DNA of 64,000 nucleotides from an uncultured Eubacterium sp. (GTDB lineage Bacteria; Bacillota; Clostridia; Lachnospirales; Lachnospiraceae): NCBI GenBank assembly GCA_910584345.1, contig CAJTZX010000014.1, positions 11 to 64,010 of the forward strand, read 5' to 3'. Shown piece by piece: positions 49,106 to 59,554 of this stretch (position 1 is its first letter; each line of letters starts with the position of its first letter). The notes under the pieces were generated by a model. It saw only the letters and a program-made list of their open reading frames with translations, ran no database searches and was not told where the DNA came from. The position numbers and the translations under genes were made by a program.

Positions 49106-50266
49106 TCATTTCAATCTGGCTAAATCCATAATTCCCAACATTATATTACTAAACTCAATATTATAATTTTTTGCCAATTCTATATTTTCAAGTAAACGTG
49201 GACTTGATTTTTTGTACAATTCACGTATCACATAACAGTCATGCTTATACAAAATTCTCTCCATTCTGCAAATAGTATCTAAAGGTCGATTTAAAAAACC
49301 TGTTTCCATATAGTTTTGGAAACTACATTTTGCTCCTTTGCATGTAAACTGTATTTCACAATCTTTACATTTCGAAATTTCTGAAAGATTTTCTTTTACC
49401 AAAGGAAAAAATTTAGTAAAATCCACACCTTCTTTAAGGTTTCCTAATATCCATTTTTGGTCTTCTCTATTTGCTACATAACCACAAGGATATACTTCTC
49501 CCTGACTTGTAATTGTAATATGGGATCTGGAACCTGCCGAACAATACTTTGCCTCCCGTTTTGCTATAAATGTCGGAAACTTTAAATCATAAAAATTTAA
49601 AATATAATTTCTTTTCGGTTCTATTTCATTCAAATAGTATTCGTCAATCAATCCTAATTGCTCATCCAAAACAGATAAAGATTTATCATCCCACTCTGAA
49701 AAAGAATCAAAAGCAGCATAAATTCTACTTATACCCATTTCAGTAAAATATTTAATATTATGCATAAAAAAGTGTACATTATTTGATGTAACAGTCATTC
49801 TTACATTAAATACCATCTTTTTTTGCAACATTTTTAATAAATTTCTGTAAACAACAGGATATATATTACTGCCATCCTTACTCTTCCTGTTAATATTATG
49901 TGTCTCTTCATCTCCATCTACACTGACAGAAATCGTAAAATTATATTTGAGAAAAAGATTTAAAATCTCATCATCCAACATGGTGGCATTAGTCGTAATT
50001 GAATATTGAAAATATTTTTTTATTCTCTCATAATTCTCATCAATCAGATCCATTGCACGAACTAAAATCTCTTTATTTAACAACGGTTCTCCTCCAAGAA
50101 ATACTAAAGAAACAGTCTCATCGTCTGATTTTCGATTACTTACTATAAATCCAAGAGCATTTTTCAATGTTTCCATGTTCATAAACTTTGGCTTTTTGGT
50201 ATTGCCTTCATAACAATAACTGCATTCCATATTACATCCATCAGTCAAATATAATATACTTTCCAT
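49106..50266 (-). CDS. Radical SAM/SPASM protein 1 (no N-terminal RRE)
   Basis: CNMECSYC, LGGEPLL, YCSAG...YPC, CKDC...C...C...C. Confidence 0.9.
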   Translation of the reverse strand: MESILYLTDGCNMECSYCYEGNTKKPKFMNMETLKNALGFIVSNRKSDDETVSLVFLGGEPLLNKEILVRAMDLIDENYERIKKYFQYSITTNATMLDDEILNLFLKYNFTISVSVDGDEETHNINRKSKDGSNIYPVVYRNLLKMLQKKMVFNVRMTVTSNNVHFFMHNIKYFTEMGISRIYAAFDSFSEWDDKSLSVLDEQLGLIDEYYLNEIEPKRNYILNFYDLKFPTFIAKREAKYCSAGSRSHITITSQGEVYPCGYVANREDQKWILGNLKEGVDFTKFFPLVKENLSEISKCKDCEIQFTCKGAKCSFQNYMETGFLNRPLDTICRMERILYKHDCYVIRELYKKSSPRLLENIELAKNYNIEFSNIMLGIMDLARLK

Positions 50267-50289
50267 ATAACTACCTCCACAGTTTATTG

Positions 50290-50345
50290 AAAAAGGCTAA
50301 CACATTGTTTTCTATAAACAGAATAACAAATGCGATAGCCTTTTT
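50290..50345 (-). terminator. Stem-loop between the precursor and the first rSAM gene
   Basis: aaaaaggcta...tagccttttt inverted repeat. Confidence 0.55.
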
Positions 50346-50356
50346 GGCATGATCAT

Positions 50357-50506
50357 TTAATTAAGATCATTCATTGTTGGTGTTCCATGCCAAGGTCCAA
50401 GACAATCATTCAAGCATGCTTGCATATATGTACCACACCAGTCATACCCTTCAATTTCTTCTACAGTCACATCAACTGCTGCTGTTGTGTTTTCCTTTTT
50501 TTCCAT
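50357..50506 (-). CDS. RiPP precursor, 49 aa: MEKKENTTAAVDVTVEEIEGYDWCGTYMQACLNDCLGPWHGTPTMNDLN
   Basis: Hand-translated and not in the ORF track; AGGAGG RBS 8 nt upstream; acidic leader and Cys/aromatic core; directly upstream of three rSAM genes. Confidence 0.85.
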   Translation of the reverse strand: MEKKENTTAAVDVTVEEIEGYDWCGTYMQACLNDCLGPWHGTPTMNDLN

Positions 50507-50557
50507 GGTCATTTCCTCCTTTCTTTGATTACCAAATTATTTCCTTTGGCTGATTAT

Positions 50558-50627
50558 GTTATATCATAGTTTATAATTTATAGTAAAGCCAAACTGCTCA
50601 CCTGGGTAGCTAAAACAGATATCTGGA
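50558..50627 (-). promoter_or_regulatory. Putative LytTR-activated promoter of the precursor
   Basis: Direct repeats TCCAGAT/CCCAGGT with a 21-bp period, upstream of TTACTA-17 bp-TATAAC with an extended -10 TG. Confidence 0.4.
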
Positions 50628-50632
50628 CAAAC

Positions 50633-51622
50633 TTATAAATACAAACAAATAATATCGGCGCCATAGTTCTCTTTCATTCGTTTTCTTTCGTTTGTATTAA
50701 TATATGGAAATGGCATAATTATAGTTTTTCCACGGATGGCTGCCCAGATAATTATGTCATATACAAATTTACTATTTATCCATTCCTCGATCATTCCTAA
50801 AATAATGATATCTGCATTCTTACATTTTTTCAAAACTCTTGCATCTTTATAATCAATAAGTTCTCCTTGCATCCATCTCAAATAAAAATCTCTAACCTGT
50901 CCTATGTCTATCAGATTATTTATATCTCCTAAATAACAAAATTTTTTTTCATAAAAAAATTTACGAAAATCGAACGTATACTTATTAAAATAAATATTTT
51001 TTCCTATGTTTTGAGTAAAAAATTCTAAAATACATTCATATTTATTCAATCGTGAACTGGCAATCACACCCGATACATATGCTGTCAAATAACTGCTCCC
51101 GACTCTGATCGAATTTTTTTGTACATTTGGAATATAAACAGTATTATTCGCAAATAAAAGATTACTATTGTTCCGGCTAATCCCCTCATAATGCCTTATA
51201 TCATATCCCACCCCAATCACTTCATCAAAATATGCAGGATAAGATTTTACTGTTTTATACAAACCATTTTTATAAGCTGCGACTAAAACACGTCTTTCCC
51301 CATATGCTCTTATACAAACCTTATGCAAATCTTCCAGTCCTTTATATGAATTTGAAGTAAACCCTAAACTCATATTGATAATATCTGCTTTCAAATCTAT
51401 TGCTTTCTCTATAGCCTCTATCAAATCAACAAGATTTCCCCTATTATTTTCAGCAAGCGCTTTTATAGAAATGATTTCTGACTCCGGAGCCTCAAAGTGA
51501 ATTATTTTTGCAATATTATCTCCATGTGTATAATCTGTTTTATTATCACTTTTGCACTCATTACTCGTTACCACTCTATCATTTTTATTGTATATTTCAG
51601 TATCTATAATAGCAATACGCAT
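50633..51622 (-). CDS. S8 (subtilisin-like) serine peptidase, likely leader peptidase
   Basis: IAIIDT (Asp), THGD (His), IINMSLG, YPAY, GSSY (Ser); no signal peptide; start MRIAII after GGAGG. Confidence 0.8.
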   Translation of the reverse strand: MRIAIIDTEIYNKNDRVVTSNECKSDNKTDYTHGDNIAKIIHFEAPESEIISIKALAENNRGNLVDLIEAIEKAIDLKADIINMSLGFTSNSYKGLEDLHKVCIRAYGERRVLVAAYKNGLYKTVKSYPAYFDEVIGVGYDIRHYEGISRNNSNLLFANNTVYIPNVQKNSIRVGSSYLTAYVSGVIASSRLNKYECILEFFTQNIGKNIYFNKYTFDFRKFFYEKKFCYLGDINNLIDIGQVRDFYLRWMQGELIDYKDARVLKKCKNADIIILGMIEEWINSKFVYDIIIWAAIRGKTIIMPFPYINTNERKRMKENYGADIICLYL

Positions 51623-51643
51623 AAATTCCTCCATATAGAAAAT

Positions 51644-51667
51644 AAAAACAGGGGCCAAGCGGCCCCC
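51644..51667 (-). terminator. Intrinsic terminator after the phospholipase gene
   Basis: GGGGCC-loop-GGCCCC followed by TGTTTTT on the minus strand. Confidence 0.65.
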
Positions 51668-51674
51668 TTATTAT

Positions 51675-52535
51675 TCATTCATAAATTCCTACTGTTTTTC
51701 CAAACTTATAATAATATTGCGATATGGAGGTAATTGCTCCAGTCACACTTTTGGAAGCAGCTTCATCATACTGTGATACAACCTGAGCTTTACCTGCAAG
51801 CGCTTTAGCGCTTTTAGCCGCATAATACAATAAATCACCTACGCTACTATTTAAAGCTTCCTCATATTTTTCAGATGGCAATGATTGATTTACAATATAA
51901 TATGATTTTCTATTTTTATCTACATATGTTTCAAATTCTGTATGGTTGCTATTTAACGCTGTTAGATTTGATGCATGATGCGGCTCATTCAAATCTGCAA
52001 CATAATGAGCTCCCCTTCCCAAATACACCATCGCACTTTGAGAATCACCTAAATTATAATCATGCAGCGCTTGTCTATAATAATATTCTGCTCTTGTTCT
52101 AGCTGTTGGTGAAGATTGTCCCATCCAATTCTTACCCGTATCAGGATCATAAAAATGTCCCGAAAAAGTGCCTGCATCTGTTTCGTTACCAAATGTATCC
52201 GGCCAGTCTGCATTATATAACAATGTTTCTGCATGATCACTTTGATTAAATATACTCGCTCCACAGTCATTGTTCAGTACCATTAAAGCTTGTGCAACAA
52301 TATATTGATGCGTATGATCCAGACCACCGCTCACAAATCTTTGATTTGGATTAGCTATATGTTCTATTGGTATCCCAACTCCATAAATATTATTAGAGCC
52401 CGACGCTATTTCAGCCACCCTTTGCGGAACTGTATCATTTGCTGCATATACAAACATACTTTCAATATTTAAAAGAAAACACGCACATAAAACAATATAT
52501 AATAACTTTTTAATTTTAAATTTCATTACAGTCAT
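51675..52535 (-). CDS. Secreted zinc-dependent phospholipase C family protein
   Basis: Signal peptide; HTH, WPD, HFYDPDTG, HYVADLNEPHH and HTEFE Zn-ligand motifs. Confidence 0.85.
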   Translation of the reverse strand: MTVMKFKIKKLLYIVLCACFLLNIESMFVYAANDTVPQRVAEIASGSNNIYGVGIPIEHIANPNQRFVSGGLDHTHQYIVAQALMVLNNDCGASIFNQSDHAETLLYNADWPDTFGNETDAGTFSGHFYDPDTGKNWMGQSSPTARTRAEYYYRQALHDYNLGDSQSAMVYLGRGAHYVADLNEPHHASNLTALNSNHTEFETYVDKNRKSYYIVNQSLPSEKYEEALNSSVGDLLYYAAKSAKALAGKAQVVSQYDEAASKSVTGAITSISQYYYKFGKTVGIYE

Positions 52536-52726
52536 CCTTTCTTTTTATTGTCTCAGATCTAAAACATATCTTATATATATACTTTTTCTAAAATCTTTGC
52601 AATCATACTCGGTTGATTGGACATTTAAATTGCCTGTTTGTATTTCAATCCTGTTCTACTTCTTTATAGAAATATTACAAAAACTATGATGAAACAGGTT
52701 GACTCAAAAAAGAAAACGGATCTTTT

Positions 52727-55102
52727 TCATTCACTGGTACGAATTTGCTCAATTACACTATTCTTATTGTAATATCGATTGGCCCACCATGTAATTCCAA
52801 CCTGCAAAATTATTGCTATCAGCAAATAAGCTAGAAGCGGCCAAATTGGAAATGTATACTGTACAAAATTAAATCCTGGAATTTTCTGGACAAAAGAACA
52901 GATCATCCACCCCGCCATCACTCCCAATACTATAGAGAAAAAGAAACTTCCAAATGTATGGAACAAGTTTTCTGTGCTTAACATTTTAAAAAGCTGCTTA
53001 TGATCTAACCCCACAGCTTGCAGCAGACCAACTTCTTTTTTTCGGGAAATAATATTTGTCATGCTCGTATTCACAAGATTGATAATGCTGAAAACTGCAA
53101 CAAATCCCAGCAAAGAATATACAGCAACAGAAATTGTGCTAAACACACTCTTATATTGAGTAATCAAATCGTTCAATGTATTTAAGCGTAAAGTATCTTT
53201 TCCATCAATCATAGACTGAATAGCGCTTTCTATAACCGGAGAATATTCTTCTTCCGCACGCATCACATACACACTGTTTGTATTATACGGAACAAACTTC
53301 TCAATAGCGCTTTCCGGCAAAATGAAACTAGATGCATCATTTGGGTCTGAAATAACCGCAGCTACAACTAATGAGATTCTTCTCTGACCATTAACGCCAT
53401 TTAAAATAAATGTAACAATATTTCCTACTTCAAAACTTTTATTCAAGTAATTCAATTCTGGACTGTTGATATTAACAATCAAAGTATCATTGCCTTGCTT
53501 ATCTATATCAGGTAAAATCCCCGTCATAAGATAGTTGCTTAATTTCTCCCTATCATTTGCATTCATACCATATATTGTAGTTTCTGTACCATCTATTATA
53601 ACCCCCATTTCTTTCTTACTTATAATCTCACTGATTCCATCTATTTTTGAAAGACTTTGGTACAACTCGTCTGTAAGCGGGTTATTCTTCTGCAGATCTG
53701 TAAGAGAAACAGTTGGAGAAATAAGCGCTCGGTTTAATTCCACTTTGTAAGATGCTCCATAAGGAAAACTCTGCTTTGCTCGTTCTACTGGATCAAAAGA
53801 TGTCAATAATGAGGACAAGCTAACCATTAACATTCCACTTAGCACGAGAGAAACAAATGTTATTATGCTTTTTTGCTTATTACGTGATAAATTCATAAAA
53901 GCCAACGAATATGGTGTTAGCCTATGCTGTCTTTTACATTCTACTTTACCACCTGAATAAGCGCTATATTTAAATGCCTCTATTGGCGAAATAGACATTG
54001 CTATCTTAGCTGGTTTTTTAACAGATAGTTTTACAACACCAAAACAAACAACTCCCGACAGCAGAACAAACAATAAATCTATAAACGGATGAAATGCATG
54101 ACGATCAGCTAAAAAGGTCAACGCATATCCCAACAGACACCCAAACGGTACAAAGTATAACGCTAATCTTCCTCCTTCAATAGACACAATTTTTTTTACC
54201 TGTCGCTTTGTTGTGCCAATCGTTCTAAGCTGACCAAAAGCAGATATATTTCCCACAATAGAAATATAAAAAATATTGTAAATTACAAGTGCGCACGTTC
54301 CTAGCAAAACAGCTGCTACGGCCAAAACCATCATAATTGTTCCACCAGAAGCATTATTACTATCAATATATAGATTGTTCATTTGAATTTGATCTTCAGA
54401 AATCCCACAACCTGTTCCTATATCCTGTACCACTTCTTTTAACTCCTGGTTTCCATATTTTTCAACTTCTTTAACAGAAACCATGGCAGATACAGGCTGC
54501 TTGGATAGAGCCGCATTTTCATGAATAAATTGATCAGAAACAACTGCATTATAAGCAATCCTATTTTTATCTGTTTCTGCTGTTGTAGATATAATACCTT
54601 TTATCACAAAAGAACATACTTCTAATTCTCGGCTTGCCTGATTGCGATAAGTAACCAAAAGAGTATCCCCTATGCACGCATCCAGATGCAACGCATCCAA
54701 ATAACCCTGTTCAACAAGAATCTCATTTGAACTTTTCGGCATAACACCATCTGATAATACAATATTGGAAAGCTGCATGGTGTTTTCGTCTGAGCAAACC
54801 AATCCCATCGTAATTCCATTTTCTTTTTCAGTCATGCCAGCCAATTGATATAATCCTACCGACATAATACGTGGATCCTTCTGCAAATTTAATATATTTT
54901 CTTTAGAAAGATTTATATAAATAGCCTGGTAAGCGGTTTGAGTTGCATATTCACAAGTAATATTATACGCATAAGCCAAAATAAATGATAAAATTGCTGC
55001 AGAAACCAAAATAATTATTCCCACGAAAAAATTTCGTATTTTGCTGCTTTTTATCCTACGTATTGCAATTTTATGAATCGCATAGTTAGTTGTTGAAATC
55101 AT
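52727..55102 (-). CDS. FtsX-like ABC transporter permease
   Basis: IYNIFYISI...GQLRTIG; NLVNT...[12 protein letters not shown]. Confidence 0.9.
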   Translation of the reverse strand: MISTTNYAIHKIAIRRIKSSKIRNFFVGIIILVSAAILSFILAYAYNITCEYATQTAYQAIYINLSKENILNLQKDPRIMSVGLYQLAGMTEKENGITMGLVCSDENTMQLSNIVLSDGVMPKSSNEILVEQGYLDALHLDACIGDTLLVTYRNQASRELEVCSFVIKGIISTTAETDKNRIAYNAVVSDQFIHENAALSKQPVSAMVSVKEVEKYGNQELKEVVQDIGTGCGISEDQIQMNNLYIDSNNASGGTIMMVLAVAAVLLGTCALVIYNIFYISIVGNISAFGQLRTIGTTKRQVKKIVSIEGGRLALYFVPFGCLLGYALTFLADRHAFHPFIDLLFVLLSGVVCFGVVKLSVKKPAKIAMSISPIEAFKYSAYSGGKVECKRQHRLTPYSLAFMNLSRNKQKSIITFVSLVLSGMLMVSLSSLLTSFDPVERAKQSFPYGASYKVELNRALISPTVSLTDLQKNNPLTDELYQSLSKIDGISEIISKKEMGVIIDGTETTIYGMNANDREKLSNYLMTGILPDIDKQGNDTLIVNINSPELNYLNKSFEVGNIVTFILNGVNGQRRISLVVAAVISDPNDASSFILPESAIEKFVPYNTNSVYVMRAEEEYSPVIESAIQSMIDGKDTLRLNTLNDLITQYKSVFSTISVAVYSLLGFVAVFSIINLVNTSMTNIISRKKEVGLLQAVGLDHKQLFKMLSTENLFHTFGSFFFSIVLGVMAGWMICSFVQKIPGFNFVQYTFPIWPLLAYLLIAIILQVGITWWANRYYNKNSVIEQIRTSE

Positions 55103-55104
55103 AA

Positions 55105-55776
55105 TTACACCTCCTCTACAATCTTACCATCTTCAATCCTGATAATACGTCCAGCCAATTTTGCAATATCAGCGTTATGTGTTATCATCACAACTGTCTG
55201 CCCTAATTTTACACTCGTAAATTTTATTAATTTCAAGACATCCGCACTACTTTTACTGTCAAGATTTCCCGTTGGCTCGTCAGCCAGTATAATAGCCGGT
55301 TTCGTAATTAAGGCACGAGCAATCGCTACACGCTGCTGCTGCCCACCTGAAAGCTGATTGGGCATTTTTCTTTCTAACTCTTTGATATTCAATATTTCGA
55401 AAATATTACGAAGAAATACTTGATCTACTTTATCGCCATTTAGATCAACAGGAAGTACAACATTTTCGTACACACTAAGATTCGGAATAAGATTATAATT
55501 TTGAAAGATAAAACCAATCCGCTTTCTGCGAAAAACAGTAAGCTGATCATCATCAAATTTTGACAAAATATCCCGACCAACAATAACACTGCCGGAAGTA
55601 GGTGTATCAAGACCACCTATCATATTAAGTAAAGTAGATTTTCCACTGCCAGAAGTACCAACTATAGCTACAAATTCCCCTTTTTCCACACTGAAATTAA
55701 CCCCATCAAGCGCACGTGTAATGTTGGGCTCAACACCATAATATTTCTTTAATCCATTTGTCTGTAAAATAATCAT
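55105..55776 (-). CDS. ABC transporter ATP-binding protein
   Basis: [32 protein letters not shown]. Confidence 0.95.
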   Translation of the reverse strand: MIILQTNGLKKYYGVEPNITRALDGVNFSVEKGEFVAIVGTSGSGKSTLLNMIGGLDTPTSGSVIVGRDILSKFDDDQLTVFRRKRIGFIFQNYNLIPNLSVYENVVLPVDLNGDKVDQVFLRNIFEILNIKELERKMPNQLSGGQQQRVAIARALITKPAIILADEPTGNLDSKSSADVLKLIKFTSVKLGQTVVMITHNADIAKLAGRIIRIEDGKIVEEV

Positions 55777-55894
55777 TACTGTATAACCACCTTTCTTTCT
55801 TATTTCATTTTAAAAATTAAATACACCTGCAATTTTTCTTTTCAAAGTGATTCGCTTTCTAATATCAATCGCATTCACAAATATCTCTATTTTT

Positions 55895-56623
55895 TCAACT
55901 TTCTATTCTCATTTTAAAATACGACATCAACGCTTCTTTTACCTCATTCTTTCTATATTTACTTAATGGAACTATATTGCCAGGCTGCAATTTAATACTG
56001 TCTTTTCTCATTTCAGTTACATACTCAAGATTTACGATTATGCCGGAATGACACCTTATAAACATTGTATTTAGTCTTAAAAGATGACTTTTCATTGTTT
56101 TATAACTTAAAATATCTTGATTTATTGTATGAATCATCGTATTTCTTTTAAGTGTTTCTATGTACACAATATCATCCATGAATATTTTATATATCCCATT
56201 ATCATTTTTTTCAATTATATATTCATTATTACTCTGCTTGATTTCATCAATCATTTTAATAAGAACTTCCCTCAATTTTGAAAAAGAAACCGGCTTCATT
56301 AAATACCGGCTCGCCCCTATCTCATATCCTTTAAATGCATATTTACTAACAGCCGTTAAAAATATAATCTTTATCTTTTCATTACTGGCACGAATTTTAG
56401 AGGCAATCTGATATCCATTTTCAACTCCCAATATAATATCCATAAACACTATATCAACTTCTGGATTTTTAGTATAAGCTTCTAAAAAATCTTTTCCTGT
56501 TTGATATAACTCCACGGTAAAACTGTCATCTAGTTCTACTAAAACCTTTCTGACATCCCGATATATCAGATCAAGGAATACTTTTTCATCATCACAAATA
56601 CAGATTTTCACTAAAATTTTCAC
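55895..56623 (-). CDS. LytTR-family response regulator
   Basis: ICDDE, FMDI, YLMKP; C-terminal FIRCHSGIIVNL LytTR domain. Confidence 0.92.
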   Translation of the reverse strand: MKILVKICICDDEKVFLDLIYRDVRKVLVELDDSFTVELYQTGKDFLEAYTKNPEVDIVFMDIILGVENGYQIASKIRASNEKIKIIFLTAVSKYAFKGYEIGASRYLMKPVSFSKLREVLIKMIDEIKQSNNEYIIEKNDNGIYKIFMDDIVYIETLKRNTMIHTINQDILSYKTMKSHLLRLNTMFIRCHSGIIVNLEYVTEMRKDSIKLQPGNIVPLSKYRKNEVKEALMSYFKMRIES

Positions 56624-56697
56624 CTCCCATTCAGATTATGTATATAATATTTGTTGTTACATTTCAAGTATTTCAGATAACCGGTCATTTGAAATGC

Positions 56698-57465
56698 CTA
56701 TTTGGCAGAATCATCCATTGGTATCATAATTTCCACTGTAAATACACTTTTTCCATGCTTTATCTTTAAGTAGCCTTCACACTTCTTCAAGGCTATTTTG
56801 ACATTTTCTAATCCTATTCCGTGAATATCCCGATCTCGTTTCGAACTCTGAAATTTTCCGTCAACTTCATTCACATTTTTTAAATGAAATGAATTACTGA
56901 TAATCATGTAAAAAAAACAATTTATAATATCAACTTTAATATCTACATATCCATCAACAATTTCTGCTGCACTTTCGATCGCATTATCTAATACATTTCC
57001 AAATATTGAACATAAATCACGTTCTTTCATATTGTTCAAACCTGAAATATCTTTAACGATCTGAACCCGAAATGAAATCCCATAATCTTCCGCAACCTTT
57101 TTTTTCTCATTTACTAAAATATCAAAAACTTTGCAGCCAGTTAAAACTAAAGGCTCCCTCTCAACAATTTCAAATAATTCTTCATAATAATCTTTATTAT
57201 TTATAACATTCTTATCTTTTATCAGTATTAAATGATTTTTTAAATCATGCCGAAGTCTTTTTAGTTCATCATCATTTTTATTTTTTTCATGAAAGAAAAT
57301 ATATTGCATTTCGTTCATGTGTTCAAGCTCTGTAATTTGTCTTTCTTGCTCATGCGCTAAAATCTTCCATTTCAGAAATTTAATATACAAAATATTAAAA
57401 GCAACAATCCAAAAAACAAATATTAATAAAACAAAATATCTATTAACAATTGTAAATTCCGACAA
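56698..57465 (-). CDS. GHKL (AgrC/VirS-like) histidine kinase with a single TM segment
   Basis: LRHDLKNH, DLCSIFGNVLDNAIE, HGIGLENV. Confidence 0.88.
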   Translation of the reverse strand: MSEFTIVNRYFVLLIFVFWIVAFNILYIKFLKWKILAHEQERQITELEHMNEMQYIFFHEKNKNDDELKRLRHDLKNHLILIKDKNVINNKDYYEELFEIVEREPLVLTGCKVFDILVNEKKKVAEDYGISFRVQIVKDISGLNNMKERDLCSIFGNVLDNAIESAAEIVDGYVDIKVDIINCFFYMIISNSFHLKNVNEVDGKFQSSKRDRDIHGIGLENVKIALKKCEGYLKIKHGKSVFTVEIMIPMDDSAK

Positions 57466-57518
57466 TTTAACTCACCTCCGTTTCTATTTCCACAAATTTC
57501 CGAACACTCATTTTTATT

Positions 57519-58652
57519 CTATACAAAATTATAAAAAGATACAAAAACAAAAATAGCAAATGGCAAAATATATTTTCTTGGATTCTTCCACAGCTCTTGT
57601 TTTGTCTGCCAGCCTTTCACTCTATAGGTTTTTTCCAGCATAATTGCCAAAACCGTTTCTAATATTACTAGCAACAGCGCTAATAAAATATCTTTTATCA
57701 AAACTTCTTTTAAAATAATGTATTTTACTAGTACAATCATAAAATTCGTGAGCAAAAAATAACTCGCCAGAAACAATGAATATTGTTTATATATATTGTT
57801 TTGTCTGATTGGCAACATATCAATCTGACGCGCTATCCATAAATCTCCTGATATCATTGTCAAAAAAGGAGTATTTACTGATCCAATACACCAAACCAGG
57901 CTCATCATAATGGGATTATTCTTACTCATTACGCATAAAACGACCAGAAACGCTACGATACAGACGGTATTGGTTATATATATTTTTTCTGCCATAGCCA
58001 CTCTGAAAAAATAATTCACTATACCACGTCTTTGTGTTCTCATGCTCGGTTGATGTGTGATAACCAAATCTGTAATTTCTACTTTTTGATACGTACAAAT
58101 AGCGCTTACACCGATACAAAAGGAAAGTAATAATTTATATCCAAATGCGATTTCAGAGTACCCAAGAAAAAATAATGCGCAAATTAAAATGACATTCCAT
58201 AGTATCATGCTTCTTTCTTTTGCATTTTTTCCTAATAAAATTCCAATGTTAATAAGTACAGCAGCTGCTGAACTCATTACGAGAAGTATAATATTTTGCA
58301 CTACATGAGTTCCAAAATCTGCTATTATAATGATAACAAAAGAGATTCTTTGAATGAGTGTACATATCCATAACGCTAGAAAATATGCTAGAAACATCTT
58401 CCATTTTTTTATTGGAAGCGTCAGATAAAATTTTATATTTTCCAAAGTCGAATACGTATAGATGATATATGCCGTAGATGTAAAAGCTATCCCTAATCCA
58501 ATCATACTACCTGCTATATCGCTTATATAAAATATTGTTTTATCCTGAAAAAAAAGTTTAATAAGAGCAGCAAATCCAAGCATATATAAAATATATTTCT
58601 TTATCTTTGCCTGTGTCATAAAATCTCTTAAAAACATTTTATTTTCCGTCAT
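57519..58652 (-). CDS. albD: AlbD-like ABC permease
   Basis: Polytopic membrane protein coupled to the ATPase; C-terminal LWKNPRKY; context in the sbo-alb-like cluster. Confidence 0.65.
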   Translation of the reverse strand: MTENKMFLRDFMTQAKIKKYILYMLGFAALIKLFFQDKTIFYISDIAGSMIGLGIAFTSTAYIIYTYSTLENIKFYLTLPIKKWKMFLAYFLALWICTLIQRISFVIIIIADFGTHVVQNIILLVMSSAAAVLINIGILLGKNAKERSMILWNVILICALFFLGYSEIAFGYKLLLSFCIGVSAICTYQKVEITDLVITHQPSMRTQRRGIVNYFFRVAMAEKIYITNTVCIVAFLVVLCVMSKNNPIMMSLVWCIGSVNTPFLTMISGDLWIARQIDMLPIRQNNIYKQYSLFLASYFLLTNFMIVLVKYIILKEVLIKDILLALLLVILETVLAIMLEKTYRVKGWQTKQELWKNPRKYILPFAIFVFVSFYNFV

Positions 58653-59337
58653 CTAACCACCCCTTTAATTCCCTGCGAATATCCATATGATCGGATACAT
58701 ATTTGGCGCTTATTTTTCCCTGTTTTAAAAGCAATACCTTATCACATGTTCTTTCAAAACTTTCTGCAATGTGTGAGCTCATCAAAACACTTCCATACTT
58801 TTTGTGTTGTCTTAATACCTCGTATAAAAACTCTGAAGAGTTAAAATCCAGGCCATCTAATGGTTCATCTAAAATTAATAACGGTAATTGCATAGCAAAT
58901 CCTGTAATCAGAAAAACTTTCTTTTTATTTCCGGTTGATAAATTTTTTATAAATTGTTTTTGATACTCTCCAAATTTAAATCCATCTAAAAGATAATTTA
59001 AGTATTCATTTTCTATTCTTTTTTTATATACTTTTTCTATATAACTCTTATATTCAGGAAATGTCCAATATTGAAATGCCTGCTCATCAGTAAATACTGT
59101 ATACCTGCTCAGGCGAAAATTATGATCCATAAAATCACTTTCCTGTTGGTTCACTAAAATACTATCAGCTTCATATTTTGTATGTATTCCACTGATTGTA
59201 TTTATCAATGTTGTCTTTCCTGCTCCATTAATACCCAATAACCCAATTACACGATGATCGTCCACACTGAAATCAACATGATCCATTATTTTCTTCTCAT
59301 TTGTATACCATATAGAAAGATTTTTGCACTCTAACAT
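58639..59337 (-). CDS. albC: AlbC-like ABC ATP-binding protein
   Basis: GINGAGKT, LSTGNKKK, LDEPLDGLD, SSH. Confidence 0.8.
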   Translation of the reverse strand: MLECKNLSIWYTNEKKIMDHVDFSVDDHRVIGLLGINGAGKTTLINTISGIHTKYEADSILVNQQESDFMDHNFRLSRYTVFTDEQAFQYWTFPEYKSYIEKVYKKRIENEYLNYLLDGFKFGEYQKQFIKNLSTGNKKKVFLITGFAMQLPLLILDEPLDGLDFNSSEFLYEVLRQHKKYGSVLMSSHIAESFERTCDKVLLLKQGKISAKYVSDHMDIRRELKGWLDDGK

Positions 59338-59507
59338 TACGATTCCTCCTTGTTCCTTTCCTTAATCCCTTTCCATCCGAAAACTAAACCAGCTACCAAA
59401 AAAGCACCCGCAAAAACGAAATCACCTTTCATAAAATATACACATCCACCTAAAATAAATATTACTGATAAAATTAATCTAAAATAAAATTTCTGTTTTT
59501 GATTCAT
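59337..59507 (-). CDS. albB: AlbB-like small hydrophobic immunity peptide, 56 aa (MNQKQKFYFRLILSVIFILGGCVYFMKGDFVFAGAFLVAGLVFGWKGIKERNKEES)
   Basis: Hand-translated; GAAAGGAG RBS; two TM helices; TAATG coupling to albC. Confidence 0.75.
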   Translation of the reverse strand: MNQKQKFYFRLILSVIFILGGCVYFMKGDFVFAGAFLVAGLVFGWKGIKERNKEES

Positions 59508-59554
59508 TATTCTGCTCTCCTTTCAATCTGCAAAAATCTTTCTATACAATACTT

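Noticed and set aside
49062..49109. Tiny ORF MKSTNKSRPGIFWDI overlapping the stop of rSAM 1 (minus strand)
   Set aside because: Only 15 codons, no independent RBS and no leader/core pattern; probably chance
50387..50569. Plus-strand 60-aa Cys-containing ORF as the RiPP precursor
   Set aside because: Antisense to the operon and lacks an RBS; the minus-strand 49-aa ORF has AGGAGG and the right orientation
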